Virus record (IMG/VR): IMGVR_UViG_3300043219_000566
Coordinates: 62,001 to 126,000 of that record
DNA: 64,000 nt
Direction: 5' to 3' (one strand)
Part shown: piece after piece, positions 25,471 through 35,341 of the stretch
How positions within the stretch are numbered: position 1 is the first letter of the stretch
Layout of the letters: every line of letters starts with the position of its first letter
Program-made: the position numbers and the translations under genes
The notes under the pieces: generated by a model
Told to the model about the DNA's origin: nothing
The model's input: the letters and a program-made list of their open reading frames with translations, nothing else
The model's database searches: none

Positions 25471-25473
25471 GGG

Positions 25474-25878
25474 CTAATCCACGATTACGAACCGTTCGCG
25501 TTTCTTGGCTGCTTTCCCGGCGTACGCCAGGACGACGCGCTGAAACGGCTTGCGCTTCGCCGCGCTGACGAAGCCGCGGAGTTTTTGCAACTCCTGCATT
25601 CTATCGTGGTCGTAGAGCCACAGGAAAATCTGAGCGAATCCGTCCAGTATCGAGGCCTGAGCACGTAGAGCCTTGAGCCCGTCGCACTTGGTGCAGTCCG
25701 TATTCAGCGCAGACCCATCGAGCCCCTTCTTCTGCATGAACGTAGCCAGTTCCGTAACCGACGACAGCAGCTGAGCGAACGCCGGGCAGTGCTTGTAGAA
25801 GCCCTTGTGTCCCAGCAACCAGAGCACGTTGCTCTTGTTGCACAGGAAATCATCACTCGACACCCGCGATGTTCTCAT
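25474..25878 (-). CDS. Small basic protein with CTKC motif
   Basis: ORF coupled between the glycosyltransferase and LamG genes. Confidence 0.7.
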   Translation of the reverse strand: MRTSRVSSDDFLCNKSNVLWLLGHKGFYKHCPAFAQLLSSVTELATFMQKKGLDGSALNTDCTKCDGLKALRAQASILDGFAQIFLWLYDHDRMQELQKLRGFVSAAKRKPFQRVVLAYAGKAAKKRERFVIVD

Positions 25879-27817
25879 TGTACCCACGGAGATTAGCGTC
25901 ACTGATCTTGACCCCCTGATACGCCTGCGCAACCCCGTAACCTTGCTGTTGCAGCGCTACGCCCATCCAGATGTCGCCGCCGCGATGCTTGATGCGCGGG
26001 TCAGGCCAATTGGCTGCCTGGATCGCGTCGCGGGTCACCAGCCAGAACCCGCCGGTGCAGAAGTCACTTTTGTCCATCGGCGGACGCTTGGTTTTGTCCT
26101 GGTGAAGCGGGCGACCAGCATACCACCCAGCCTGTTTCAGCCAGTCCCACTGGTTGCCGCGCAGGTGCCAGTAGTACACCTTCCCGAACATGTGGTAGCC
26201 CCGGGGATAACGCGCGTCCTGCTGCAAAAACATCTCATCGACCTTGCTGCCGAGATGCAGCAGCCAGTTGCGATCGACGACATGCGAGTCGTCGTCGAAC
26301 CACATGACCCAGTCGGTCGTCAGCGGAGCCTCGGAGTCGTGGAACATGCGCCGCATCATCGGGTACTTGAAGACCTGCGGCGCGGCCTCGTAGATCCGCT
26401 CGACGTTGGGCTTGTCCTCCAGGAACGCCAGCACCTGCTTACGCGCGTCTTTGGTCGGTTCGTTGAGCGCGTAGCGCAGCTTGAACAAGTTGACGTCGAA
26501 GTGCGCGTAGAGGCTGTTCAGACAACGCAGCGCCAGGTCGGAATGCTTGCCGTAGGTCAAGCCGCACACGGTAATCGGGAACGTCAGGTGCTTGAATTTC
26601 ACCTCGTCCGGGCGCAGCGGAACCGTCGGCTCGCTGGGCCGCTTGCTCGGGCGTGCCTGCTTCGCCTTGGTCTTGGCGATTACAGGATGAGGATCTTGCA
26701 CCGGAGCCGGAGTACCCGCGTTCGGCACCTTCACAATCAAGTCTCTGATCGACGGCATCTGGTTCTCTCCGCAAGCGTGCTTTTCGTATTCCAGAATACT
26801 CTCAACGACTCGATCTACTGTAATCATGTCGAGACAACGCGGCAAAGGCACTCGGGCAGGAGTGTAAACGACGTTGCTGCAATTCTGCTCGGGCTTGCCC
26901 TCGGTAACCCGTGTTCGCCAGCAACCATGGTTCTTGCAGCACTTCAACGCGCCGACGGTGTGCAGGAACTTATGCGGCATGAATGGATGATCTACGAACC
27001 GCGCATCTTGATCCGGGTGCCAAGCCTCCCACTGCTTGGGAGTACCCGGCGGCTTCTTGATCCTCCCGCTAGCAAACGCCATGTTGCGCTGCAACGTCTC
27101 GACGTTGTAAGCCTCCCAGGTGTAGTGCTCGCGCCCGCCTGCGATCACCACAGTCGGCTTGCCGATCGCGGCCGCCAGGTGCATGAAGCAGGTAACCGGC
27201 GTCAGGACACCGCGGGCGTGCAAGCAAAGCCGAAACGCCTCGCGCAAGCTGGTTTTGCCCACCATGCTAAGCGCGCCGTTGAGCGGCGGGTGGTAGTGCC
27301 GCGCGCCGCCGCCGCTGGGCTTTCCGCCGATCTGCACGAAGTTGACTACGCCCTCCAGTCGCTGAATGACCTCCTGGTAACGCGCAGCGTCCCACCATTT
27401 GGTGGTAAAGTCGGCCTTGCCGCCCGAGACAACTACCCAGTAGTCGCCCTCGATCAACGGCTCGTTCAGTTCTTGCGGGCTCCAGTGCAGGTCGGGACGG
27501 AACTCGGTCAGCCGCACCTTCAGGTTGAGTTTCTTGTTCAGATCGTCGATGAAGCCCTGGATAAAATGCAGTCCGCACTGATTGGACCTGTGGATTAGCG
27601 GGTAACCCAGCTTGATTACGTTGGTCGTCTTGCGCGCCAAGTTCGCGATATACGGGTTGTTTTCCCAGACCTCTTTTGCCGTCGTTTCGACGCCGGTGAC
27701 GTACTGGTTGGGGTAACACCGATGCAGATCACGCAGGACCACCGACATCATCATGACGTCGCCTGGTGCTTGCGTATTGCGAAAAATCAGCGACCGGGGA
27801 CTACGTGCGCGCCGCAT
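25853..27817 (-). CDS. Bifunctional glycosyltransferase: N-terminal GT9 (GT-B, heptosyltransferase-like) plus C-terminal GT2-like (GT-A)
   Basis: GT9: APGDVMM...LRDLHRCYP, VWENNPYI, KWW, VGKTSLRE, FMHLAAAIGKPTVVI. GT-A: VMWFDDDSHV (DxD), CTGGFWLV, GGDIWMG. GAGGGAG RBS before ATG 27817. Confidence 0.85.
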   Translation of the reverse strand: MRRARSPRSLIFRNTQAPGDVMMMSVVLRDLHRCYPNQYVTGVETTAKEVWENNPYIANLARKTTNVIKLGYPLIHRSNQCGLHFIQGFIDDLNKKLNLKVRLTEFRPDLHWSPQELNEPLIEGDYWVVVSGGKADFTTKWWDAARYQEVIQRLEGVVNFVQIGGKPSGGGARHYHPPLNGALSMVGKTSLREAFRLCLHARGVLTPVTCFMHLAAAIGKPTVVIAGGREHYTWEAYNVETLQRNMAFASGRIKKPPGTPKQWEAWHPDQDARFVDHPFMPHKFLHTVGALKCCKNHGCWRTRVTEGKPEQNCSNVVYTPARVPLPRCLDMITVDRVVESILEYEKHACGENQMPSIRDLIVKVPNAGTPAPVQDPHPVIAKTKAKQARPSKRPSEPTVPLRPDEVKFKHLTFPITVCGLTYGKHSDLALRCLNSLYAHFDVNLFKLRYALNEPTKDARKQVLAFLEDKPNVERIYEAAPQVFKYPMMRRMFHDSEAPLTTDWVMWFDDDSHVVDRNWLLHLGSKVDEMFLQQDARYPRGYHMFGKVYYWHLRGNQWDWLKQAGWYAGRPLHQDKTKRPPMDKSDFCTGGFWLVTRDAIQAANWPDPRIKHRGGDIWMGVALQQQGYGVAQAYQGVKISDANLRGYNENIAGVE

Positions 27818-27827
27818 AGCTCCCTCG

Positions 27828-28373
27828 TTACTTACCGCAGCTGGAACAGCCCTTGTGCGGCGATCCCGCAGCAGCAGAAGACAACGAGGCCAGTTGACGT
27901 GCGGCCAGACCGTGCACCAGCGTAGCCGCAGCAGCATAAGCTACCGCAGATAGCATCATTGCGAATAGATGTTGCCGCCCGTTGACCGCCAACCAGAGAA
28001 GCAGCGCAGTCCAGAAAAACTGACAAAACGAGCAGCTCGTGAAGTAAATCAGCATGCGCGTTTTCCACGTGATCTGCATCAAGCTGGAGAGATGCCGGTG
28101 CTTGTGTTCGAGCACCGAGGGCTCCAGCGGTATCCGCGCAGCGTTCATATCACCCTGCGCTGCCTCGGGGTTCCACAGTATCTTGTGGCGTAGCTCCCAT
28201 TGCAGCTGTCGGATCAAAGCAGCATCGGTCGTATTGCGCAGCCTGAACCAGCGCAACAGCTCCGTGGCTAAAAACGACTGGAATAAAACCTTGGTCGCTC
28301 CAAGCGTGACGAAGACCCAAACTATCAACGGAACGACCTGATCCATTCCGCGTACATCAAGAACACTCATCAT
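27828..28373 (-). CDS. DUF1360-like three-TM membrane protein with two CxxC motifs
   Basis: CSFCQFFW before the second TM helix, and C-terminal GCSSCGK. Confidence 0.75.
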   Translation of the reverse strand: MMSVLDVRGMDQVVPLIVWVFVTLGATKVLFQSFLATELLRWFRLRNTTDAALIRQLQWELRHKILWNPEAAQGDMNAARIPLEPSVLEHKHRHLSSLMQITWKTRMLIYFTSCSFCQFFWTALLLWLAVNGRQHLFAMMLSAVAYAAAATLVHGLAARQLASLSSAAAGSPHKGCSSCGK

Positions 28374-28681
28374 GATCGCTGCTCCTGCATCTCGTGCCGC
28401 AGATGCGCAATAATCCGCACCTCCGGAGTAACGTTGTTGGGATCGACTGTGAAAGGATCATTCTTCCGTAATTGCCAGCCCGTGTCCAGTCGCTCCAAAA
28501 ATTCCGCGCCGCCGGGCTGCTCCGCGATCCACTTGCGCAGCTCCTCCATGGCTGTGTTGTCCAGCGCTTCGCGAGCTTTGTCCAACACAAAGTCACAGGC
28601 CAATAGCCCTAGCGCATCGTCGGGACAGTACGCCGTCAGATGCACGCGTTTCGTTCCCACGTTGATACTGATCACTGGCAC
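28370..28681 (-). CDS. Hypothetical protein
   Basis: GAGGAG RBS before GTG 28681, directly after the upstream stop. Confidence 0.7.
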   Translation of the reverse strand: MPVISINVGTKRVHLTAYCPDDALGLLACDFVLDKAREALDNTAMEELRKWIAEQPGGAEFLERLDTGWQLRKNDPFTVDPNNVTPEVRIIAHLRHEMQEQRS

Positions 28682-28692
28682 CGCACGCTCCT

Positions 28693-31600
28693 CTATTCGC
28701 AAGGATTGTAGGGAGAACAAGTTCCACCCTGCCAAACTCCGCCCATCAGATCGCACTCGCCCTCTCCGTCGACTAAAAAGCACGAGGCTCCCACGCAGCA
28801 AGCGCCCATGTTCTGCTCATCAGGTGACCAGCACGGAAGCGGATTGGTCCAGCTCTCGCACGGGCAGTCGCTGCCGTAATCCTGCCAACCCTGCGGGCTC
28901 AAGCTGTAACTCCGCAGCGTCGGAATACCAGGGCGTTCATCCGGGTATGGTGTGCTCAGCCAAAGATCGCCAGCGAACTCGTTCTCATGGCCCTCGAAAT
29001 ACCGGTAAGCCCGGCCGGAGCCATCGAGGTTCAAGTCCGTGGCAGCCCAGACCCTGTCGCCTTGACACACCGGTTGCATCCATACTGAGCACTCGCAAAC
29101 ATAGCCATCAGCGCAGGCCTGCGACCCCATCCCGCCCAAGTTACTATGGGTAGGTCCATAGTAAAAATTTAGTCCGCCGAGACGTGTTGTTTCGCATAAA
29201 CTTGGTTTTGAAGCGTTAGGATTAGGGTTATCGTACCCAAAGACCTCGACCGGCGGCGGCCAAGTTATCACCTCGGCCAAGGACCAACAGCAATTGTGGC
29301 AAACCCGGCAAGTACCGACAACATCCCACCACGACTGCGCGAGCCCCTCCCAGTAGACTCCCATCACCTCATGGAACCACATCCCGAGTTCCCCCACTGC
29401 CGGAAATAGCTCGCCGCACCCGTACATGTCGCCCAAGCAGTTGCCGCTTGCTTCCTTTCCAGGGGTGCCCGTGCTGACCTGGAACGGGCCTTCAAGCCAC
29501 TCGTGATCGAAGCGCGCTTTGCGAAACGGGCCGCCGTGGTTGCTATCGGGACCGCCGACGCAACGAGCGGGCGTACAGATGAATTTAGACCAGCCTTCGA
29601 CTTGCTCCATACGTACCTCAGCATACACATGTAGCAGGGGCGCATCGCATTCGTACGTCTCCAAATTCCGCCCGACGCAAAGCCTTGAGCGCGAAGACAT
29701 ACCGCACCCAGTGGTCGAACCTACGTTGCAAAACACGTTATGATGTACAGTCCACTCGTCAAAACTAGTTCCAGATACGAACCCTTCGCACGCCGAATAG
29801 CGATAGGCCACCATCCCGCACTGCCCCGCAGCTGGTCCGCCGTGTAATTCCCAGCATTCCGACCACGAAGGCCGACTCCAAGAATCGCAAATAAGCGTCG
29901 GCCACCATTCTTCATATACAACCTCTCCGTTTTCCGCTACTTTCATGTAGAAGCCCTGGTAGTATCCTTCACAGCACATGTGGGACGCGTCAATCGTCCA
30001 CGTTTCGACTTGCTCGATAGTATTCGCGCCGTATGAATGATAGTGCCCGCAGCCCAGTCCCATAAAGGTATCCGGCGTGCGCTTGCGGCTCTTGATTGTC
30101 GATTGAGTCCAAATGCCGTTGGTAATCAGGTATTCGACCGCGTTGATGATCTCCAAGATGTGGGTCGGCGCGATTACGTCACCCGGGCGTAATCCCACTT
30201 CGGCGTACCTGTTAAATATCCTCCCAGAGTTCGCGACAGCCGGTTCGTACCAGCAACGAAACAACGAAGGCATAACTTCCCAAGAATTGCCGCCACCGTA
30301 GAACGGATTCCGCGGTCCGGCTTCCGGGTCGTTGGGGACCCACGAGCGCGGCGGCGGCGCGCCGCTGCGAAAGAGCATGTCGATCCCGCGCCAAGACTTG
30401 CGCGCACGCTGCGAGCCGTGCGCGGGCTCGTCCGGGTGGTTGTGCAGCGGGCGTACGTCGTCCCACGCGGGCGGCTTCGGCTGAGTTACGCTGATCGGAG
30501 TCGGCCTAAAAGCGCCGCCAGGCGGATTAGGACTCGGGGGCGGATTGATTTCAATCTCATCGATCGGGTCCATACCCGCGCCGGTTTCGCCCCACTCGCC
30601 CTTGCCGCCGTGGATGTACTGCGGCCAAGGCGCGGAACCTGACCAGCGCCAGCGGATCGGCATATTCATACAGCAGTAACCATGGTTACTCGTGGGACTC
30701 GGGCGAGTTCGTGGGTTATGGTGCACGATCGTCTGGGCTTCCCAGATATCACCACAAAGATCCTGGTCTCCGCAAGTCTGTCCGACAATGAACGAGAGCG
30801 TAAAGCGCACCATGTTCAGCAACTCGGGCTGGATCGTCTCGGAACCATCGAAGTAGTAGCGGTCGGTTCCCTTGCGGCAGCTATTCAGCATCTCCGGCAG
30901 CCCGCGGCCGTACGGATTGTAGTGCGTAAACCAGGTTACCTTGTGGCGCTGCTCGTGAGACGGCGGAGACGAGCCGCCCGGCTCATAATACCACGTGCCG
31001 CCGACCCTGATTCGGATGTACCAATTCACTTCGGTACCTTGGCTGTACGGGCCAATCGTAGCCGAGTACTCCGGCCCCCCGGTCATCGGAGTCACTTCGC
31101 TGTCGTGAACCAACTCAACCTGCGAAGGTGTTGCCACGCCGCTGGGCTTGCTCCAATGAAACCGGATCTCCTCGCCGTTTACTTCAAAGATATCCGGCTC
31201 GGAACCGAACTCCCCATCCGCGCGCGGGTCACCTCCACCCCCACTGCCCTCTTCGCGCCCGTAGCTGCCGGGCGGAAAATAGGTCGTGTTGTGCTCGCCC
31301 CCAATCAACGCCATACCCGAGTCGCAACTCCGCGGAAGAATCGGGACCTGCGGCAGCGGATGCTGCCCAACACACGAGGGCGCTACATTTCCGATTGCCG
31401 CGTACTCCTTACCGCCGCCAGGAGCCGGGGGATACCCGGTCGGCGTAGCCTCCGCGTAGTCGGAGTAGTCGCAATCGACCAGACCGCCACTGTACGGATT
31501 CGGCTTTGGCGACTCCTCCCAGCTCTCTGGCCCCCACAGACAGCGCGGGTGCGTGCGAGCATGCCACTGCTGCTTCGGCTCGGTATCGTAACGCGGCCGC

Positions 31601-31857
31601 CCGCCCCACAGCGCGTACAGCAGCCCTTCGAGCTGCTCCATCGCTTTGGCGAATTGCCCACCCAGCGTTTCTTCCCAGTTGATCTCGTCCCCGCCCGCCG
31701 GAGGCGAGCCCGCCGGGAGAATGCGCTTGCCGGGGTGCATGTCCGACCACTTCATCGCGTAAGGCCGTTCAGCAACGTTCGGGTGAGCCAACCGCTCATC
31801 GATGTGCGAAGTGGTTCCGTACTGCGTGGGCTCCTCGAAGGTAACGTCGTGCGACAC
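28693..31857 (-). CDS. Large Cys/Trp/Gly-rich protein (1054 aa), probable tail fibre or receptor-binding protein
   Basis: About 40 Cys; Ig-like segment YSATIGPYSQGTEVNWYI; C-terminal GACC-type motif; located in the tail operon. Confidence 0.7.
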   Translation of the reverse strand: MSHDVTFEEPTQYGTTSHIDERLAHPNVAERPYAMKWSDMHPGKRILPAGSPPAGGDEINWEETLGGQFAKAMEQLEGLLYALWGGRPRYDTEPKQQWHARTHPRCLWGPESWEESPKPNPYSGGLVDCDYSDYAEATPTGYPPAPGGGKEYAAIGNVAPSCVGQHPLPQVPILPRSCDSGMALIGGEHNTTYFPPGSYGREEGSGGGGDPRADGEFGSEPDIFEVNGEEIRFHWSKPSGVATPSQVELVHDSEVTPMTGGPEYSATIGPYSQGTEVNWYIRIRVGGTWYYEPGGSSPPSHEQRHKVTWFTHYNPYGRGLPEMLNSCRKGTDRYYFDGSETIQPELLNMVRFTLSFIVGQTCGDQDLCGDIWEAQTIVHHNPRTRPSPTSNHGYCCMNMPIRWRWSGSAPWPQYIHGGKGEWGETGAGMDPIDEIEINPPPSPNPPGGAFRPTPISVTQPKPPAWDDVRPLHNHPDEPAHGSQRARKSWRGIDMLFRSGAPPPRSWVPNDPEAGPRNPFYGGGNSWEVMPSLFRCWYEPAVANSGRIFNRYAEVGLRPGDVIAPTHILEIINAVEYLITNGIWTQSTIKSRKRTPDTFMGLGCGHYHSYGANTIEQVETWTIDASHMCCEGYYQGFYMKVAENGEVVYEEWWPTLICDSWSRPSWSECWELHGGPAAGQCGMVAYRYSACEGFVSGTSFDEWTVHHNVFCNVGSTTGCGMSSRSRLCVGRNLETYECDAPLLHVYAEVRMEQVEGWSKFICTPARCVGGPDSNHGGPFRKARFDHEWLEGPFQVSTGTPGKEASGNCLGDMYGCGELFPAVGELGMWFHEVMGVYWEGLAQSWWDVVGTCRVCHNCCWSLAEVITWPPPVEVFGYDNPNPNASKPSLCETTRLGGLNFYYGPTHSNLGGMGSQACADGYVCECSVWMQPVCQGDRVWAATDLNLDGSGRAYRYFEGHENEFAGDLWLSTPYPDERPGIPTLRSYSLSPQGWQDYGSDCPCESWTNPLPCWSPDEQNMGACCVGASCFLVDGEGECDLMGGVWQGGTCSPYNPCE

Positions 31858-31859
31858 GG

Positions 31860-32258
31860 CTAGCCTCCGGGCGAACTCAGGGAAAATACGACTCCGGCTG
31901 GAACGCCTATGCTTTCTCCGGCAGGAATCAGGACACTCTGTTCCTGATACATGGCTAATTCAGTTCCCAGAAAAACGGCGATGTATCCTATGCGCCAGGT
32001 AACCGCTGGATCAACCGTCTGGTTCAAAAACGAGAACGCGCTGGATTGCACGTAAGGCGGAGCCCCGTCGTAGTACGTCCAGCTCAGCTGAACGAACACT
32101 GCCGTGAGTGGCACGTACTGCAGCAACCCGCCGAAGCTGCCGCCTTCCTTGGTCAAGCTCACGCCGCGCGTCAGCGGAATCGCAAGCCAGTTTCCCGCAG
32201 CTCCCGCATCACCGAAAGCCCGGTCAGCGATCTTCAGCGCAAAGTAGCTCGTAATCAC
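31860..32258 (-). CDS. Tail/baseplate-associated beta-sheet protein
   Basis: GTG start overlapping the upstream TGA with GAGG RBS; ends LIPAGESIGVPAGVVF, as seen in phage tail-associated proteins. Confidence 0.6.
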   Translation of the reverse strand: MITSYFALKIADRAFGDAGAAGNWLAIPLTRGVSLTKEGGSFGGLLQYVPLTAVFVQLSWTYYDGAPPYVQSSAFSFLNQTVDPAVTWRIGYIAVFLGTELAMYQEQSVLIPAGESIGVPAGVVFSLSSPGG

Positions 32259-33070
32259 CCAATTCGGCCTCGGTACTTGACGTAAATCGAGCTGCCCGGC
32301 CGCCAAAGAATCGGATGCACGAACCGAGAGTACGCGAGCAACGTATTGCTCGACTGGTCGACCACGAAAGCGATGGTCAACGGAAGCCCCCCGATTTTCC
32401 TGAAATCGCATAGCCATTGCAACTGCGGGTCGTCTTCCGGGTCGTCTTCCCAGGTGTCAAACCAACCCAGCCAGTCGTCCAGGTCTTCCCACGGCTCGGG
32501 GTAATAGCTAGTGCACTTGATCTGGGGCAAGTGCCAAGGGTACCCGAGAGTCACCGCACCCGACTCGGCATGCTCCCAGGGGTAATACCAGCCGCCGTAG
32601 TACGGATTACCGAGCCGCTCGACGATGTCGAGCGTAAAGATATTGTCCCAATCTCCGTGCGGACCCCACGACTGTCCGTTCTTGAACTTGGTCCAAGCCG
32701 ATTCAAAAACACCGCCGTGTGCTTCGCTGAACACGTTGAACCTTAGCGGCCGATGCCCCTCCGGATGACCGGCCGTTATATAGCCGAACGCCCGCCGCAT
32801 CATGTCGTTGAGCCCCGCGCCTTCTTGACAATCGTGCGTCACGTCAGCGTAAGTCAGCGACTCATTCAGCGCATGACCGATACAGCCCCCGTGATTAGGT
32901 CGATTTTCCCGCGAACTCAAATTCGGGCCAGCCAACCCCATTTCAAACGACATCTCGTCGCCGCCCGTGAACACGCGCTGCAGGATCTTGGTAGCCCCCT
33001 CGTACACCAGCGTGTTCGGCAACGTCTGCACCGGGCCGTCTTCGGTGAACTTGACCAAGAACTCGCCCAT
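32255..33070 (-). CDS. Tail/baseplate-associated protein
   Basis: N-terminal NTLVYEGATKILQRVF motif, similar to NTVQYEGFDALGKIM in 45510..46109. Confidence 0.65.
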   Translation of the reverse strand: MGEFLVKFTEDGPVQTLPNTLVYEGATKILQRVFTGGDEMSFEMGLAGPNLSSRENRPNHGGCIGHALNESLTYADVTHDCQEGAGLNDMMRRAFGYITAGHPEGHRPLRFNVFSEAHGGVFESAWTKFKNGQSWGPHGDWDNIFTLDIVERLGNPYYGGWYYPWEHAESGAVTLGYPWHLPQIKCTSYYPEPWEDLDDWLGWFDTWEDDPEDDPQLQWLCDFRKIGGLPLTIAFVVDQSSNTLLAYSRFVHPILWRPGSSIYVKYRGRIG

Positions 33071-35325
33071 TAGAACGTCCCGCGGTAGTGGCTGCGCGAG
33101 CAGGCATACAGGGTCTGGTTAGACGCGTTCGACACCGTCCAGAACACCACGACATCGCCAGTCACGAGCGCCGACACCCACTGTCCACCGTAGCCCTGCT
33201 CCTCAACGTTCAACATGTTGGAAGCGATTTGCGTACCGCCGGGCCGGTCGATCCATTCAAAATCGGCGTTCATCCAGACCTCGACTGCCGAGTACACAAA
33301 GGGCGGCAAGCAGCCGTACTTGTCCGTGATCCGAGCGAACCGCCCGCCGGTGCCGCCGCTGCCGCCGCCCGGCGTGATAAACAGCCGCAGTTCTTCGTTG
33401 AACGCGCAGTCCCCGGCAAACGGGCCGTCTACCCAGTCCTGCACCGGCAGCGCGCTGTACTCCAGCGAGTTGAGCGGCTCAGCTTCCGAGTTGCCGACAT
33501 CCGAAATGTGATAGAAGTTCACATCCGGGCTGCGCTTGCCGCAGGGAATGAACAAGCTGAGCTGCAGATCGAGATTGCAGTCGTCATCGAACTCGTTCTT
33601 GGCCCAGTGCCCATGCGCCCAGCTCGGTCCGTACGAGTCGCCCCACTGCAGCGAGTTGCGAAACCACTCCAAGTTCTGGTGGATGTTGACCGAGCCCGCT
33701 GGAAGCAAGCTGTAGTACGGATGGTACTCGTAACGATCCGGATCAGCTGTCTGGTAGCGCTCCTGGCGGTCTTTCATGATCAACGATACGAAGGGATTTG
33801 CGAGCAGATCGTCGTCGAGCGAGCGATGCGCGCCGCCTGTCGGACATGGCATATTCAACGACAGATCCAAAATCGGCAGGCACGGAGTTAGCTGCCCGGC
33901 GACTTTACCCTCGCGAACTCGAACAGTGATTTGCGGCCCACCGAAAGCCCAGCTGCGCTCGGGAAAGTCCAAGTCAGCCGGTAGCTCGGTGTAAAAGTAC
34001 GAATCGAGGAACGTCACGTCGCCCGGGACGCTGTCAGTCTCGACCGACACCGGACAAGGCAGATTCAACGCCAACTGCAAATCAGGCGAGCACAGCTCGG
34101 CTCCAGAGCCGGAGTCGTAGAAGTTCACTCGTAGATTGGCTGTTGGCTCCTGCGCCCAAGGCAGCAGACCACCCGAGCCCGAGAACTCGATCGCAACCTG
34201 ACTAGTGGCAGTGAACTCGACTGGGCAAGGGAAGTACAACCGCAGATCCAGACTGGGGTAGCAATCGTCGGCGCATTGCGAAGACGATCCCACTATGTAG
34301 AACGTACCGGACGGTGGCCCCGAGAGAGTATATCGCTTTACGACTTTGAGTTTAGGCGTGTGCCAGTCGACTGGGCAAGGAATATTCAAACTGAGGCCCA
34401 ATTGGAAATCGCAACTGCCGGGAGACTGTTCCGCCCACAGCTCGATCTCCGGTCGCCGGTCAGCCGGAATACAACTGATTTCCTTGCCGTAACTGGTTTC
34501 CTGGGGCGTGATAGTGCCAGGACACGGCAGCGCCATGTCGACTACAAGCTCGTAGTCGCAGCCGCCGGTCCCAGTGACTTGCAGCGTCGTGCCACCGGCA
34601 CCTAACCCAGGCTCATATACAGCAGTTCCGATTCCGCCCGTGAGTCCGGTTGGACACGGCAGACGCAAGTTGAAGGACAACACGAAGTCGCAGGGACCGA
34701 TGCCCGAGGAGCTGTAGTAGTCGTCAGCCGGGATCACCAGCAGCTCGGCCTCTCCTTCGTCGAGCGGGATACTTCCATCGAACTCGACGGTCCCTATGCC
34801 GCCGACCAAGTCGGTCGGACACGGCAAACCGATGCTGAGGCTGATCCCCAGATCACAATCGCCGCTGTCGATCGTCTCCGCTGTACCTCCGGCAGTCTCC
34901 AGCGCCGGGTCGTACTCGACGTCGATGTACGCTTCGGTAAACGAGACGAAACACGGGATCGACAGCTGAAAATCAATGTGGGGCTCGCAGTAGTCGCTCG
35001 TCGGGTAGGTAAGCACAACGCTGAAAGCGTCGGCTACCGCGCTGCTCTGGTTGGGCAAGAACACGCTGCCGGTAACGACCATCGGGTAGCAACCGAGATC
35101 AATCGGCGGAATCGGGATCGGCGGGTCGGTGGGTGTGACAATTGTGTCCGGCGGACCAGGGAAAGCGCACGAGTCGACGAATTCGTAATCGCCGATTTCC
35201 GGGTTGTCAGGCGCGCACTCTTTGTCGAACGCCGCGTCCCCGCGATCAGGACCTTCGCCGACCTCGCCAGCAACCGCGGACGATGACGATGATCCCACTC
35301 CGAGATTCAACGGCCACCAGGGCAT
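33070..35325 (-). CDS. Repeat protein with nine C-x10-P-C motifs, probable tail fibre or shaft
   Basis: Repeats read directly from the translation; about 25 Cys; N-terminal GSSSSSA. Confidence 0.75.
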   Translation of the reverse strand: MPWWPLNLGVGSSSSSAVAGEVGEGPDRGDAAFDKECAPDNPEIGDYEFVDSCAFPGPPDTIVTPTDPPIPIPPIDLGCYPMVVTGSVFLPNQSSAVADAFSVVLTYPTSDYCEPHIDFQLSIPCFVSFTEAYIDVEYDPALETAGGTAETIDSGDCDLGISLSIGLPCPTDLVGGIGTVEFDGSIPLDEGEAELLVIPADDYYSSSGIGPCDFVLSFNLRLPCPTGLTGGIGTAVYEPGLGAGGTTLQVTGTGGCDYELVVDMALPCPGTITPQETSYGKEISCIPADRRPEIELWAEQSPGSCDFQLGLSLNIPCPVDWHTPKLKVVKRYTLSGPPSGTFYIVGSSSQCADDCYPSLDLRLYFPCPVEFTATSQVAIEFSGSGGLLPWAQEPTANLRVNFYDSGSGAELCSPDLQLALNLPCPVSVETDSVPGDVTFLDSYFYTELPADLDFPERSWAFGGPQITVRVREGKVAGQLTPCLPILDLSLNMPCPTGGAHRSLDDDLLANPFVSLIMKDRQERYQTADPDRYEYHPYYSLLPAGSVNIHQNLEWFRNSLQWGDSYGPSWAHGHWAKNEFDDDCNLDLQLSLFIPCGKRSPDVNFYHISDVGNSEAEPLNSLEYSALPVQDWVDGPFAGDCAFNEELRLFITPGGGSGGTGGRFARITDKYGCLPPFVYSAVEVWMNADFEWIDRPGGTQIASNMLNVEEQGYGGQWVSALVTGDVVVFWTVSNASNQTLYACSRSHYRGTF

Positions 35326-35341
35326 TCATCACGTCCGTTTG

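Noticed and set aside
25805-27598. 597-aa plus-strand ORF (and similar long antisense ORFs at 30682..31863, 36012..36986, 38827..39654)
   Set aside because: Shadow frames opposite well-supported minus-strand genes; expected in GC-rich DNA, with no RBS or recognisable motifs.
28693-31857. Diversity-generating retroelement acting on the fibre gene
   Set aside because: No reverse transcriptase or template/variable repeat pair seen in the window, and the variable codons often end in A rather than showing the NNY pattern; elements outside the window cannot be excluded.
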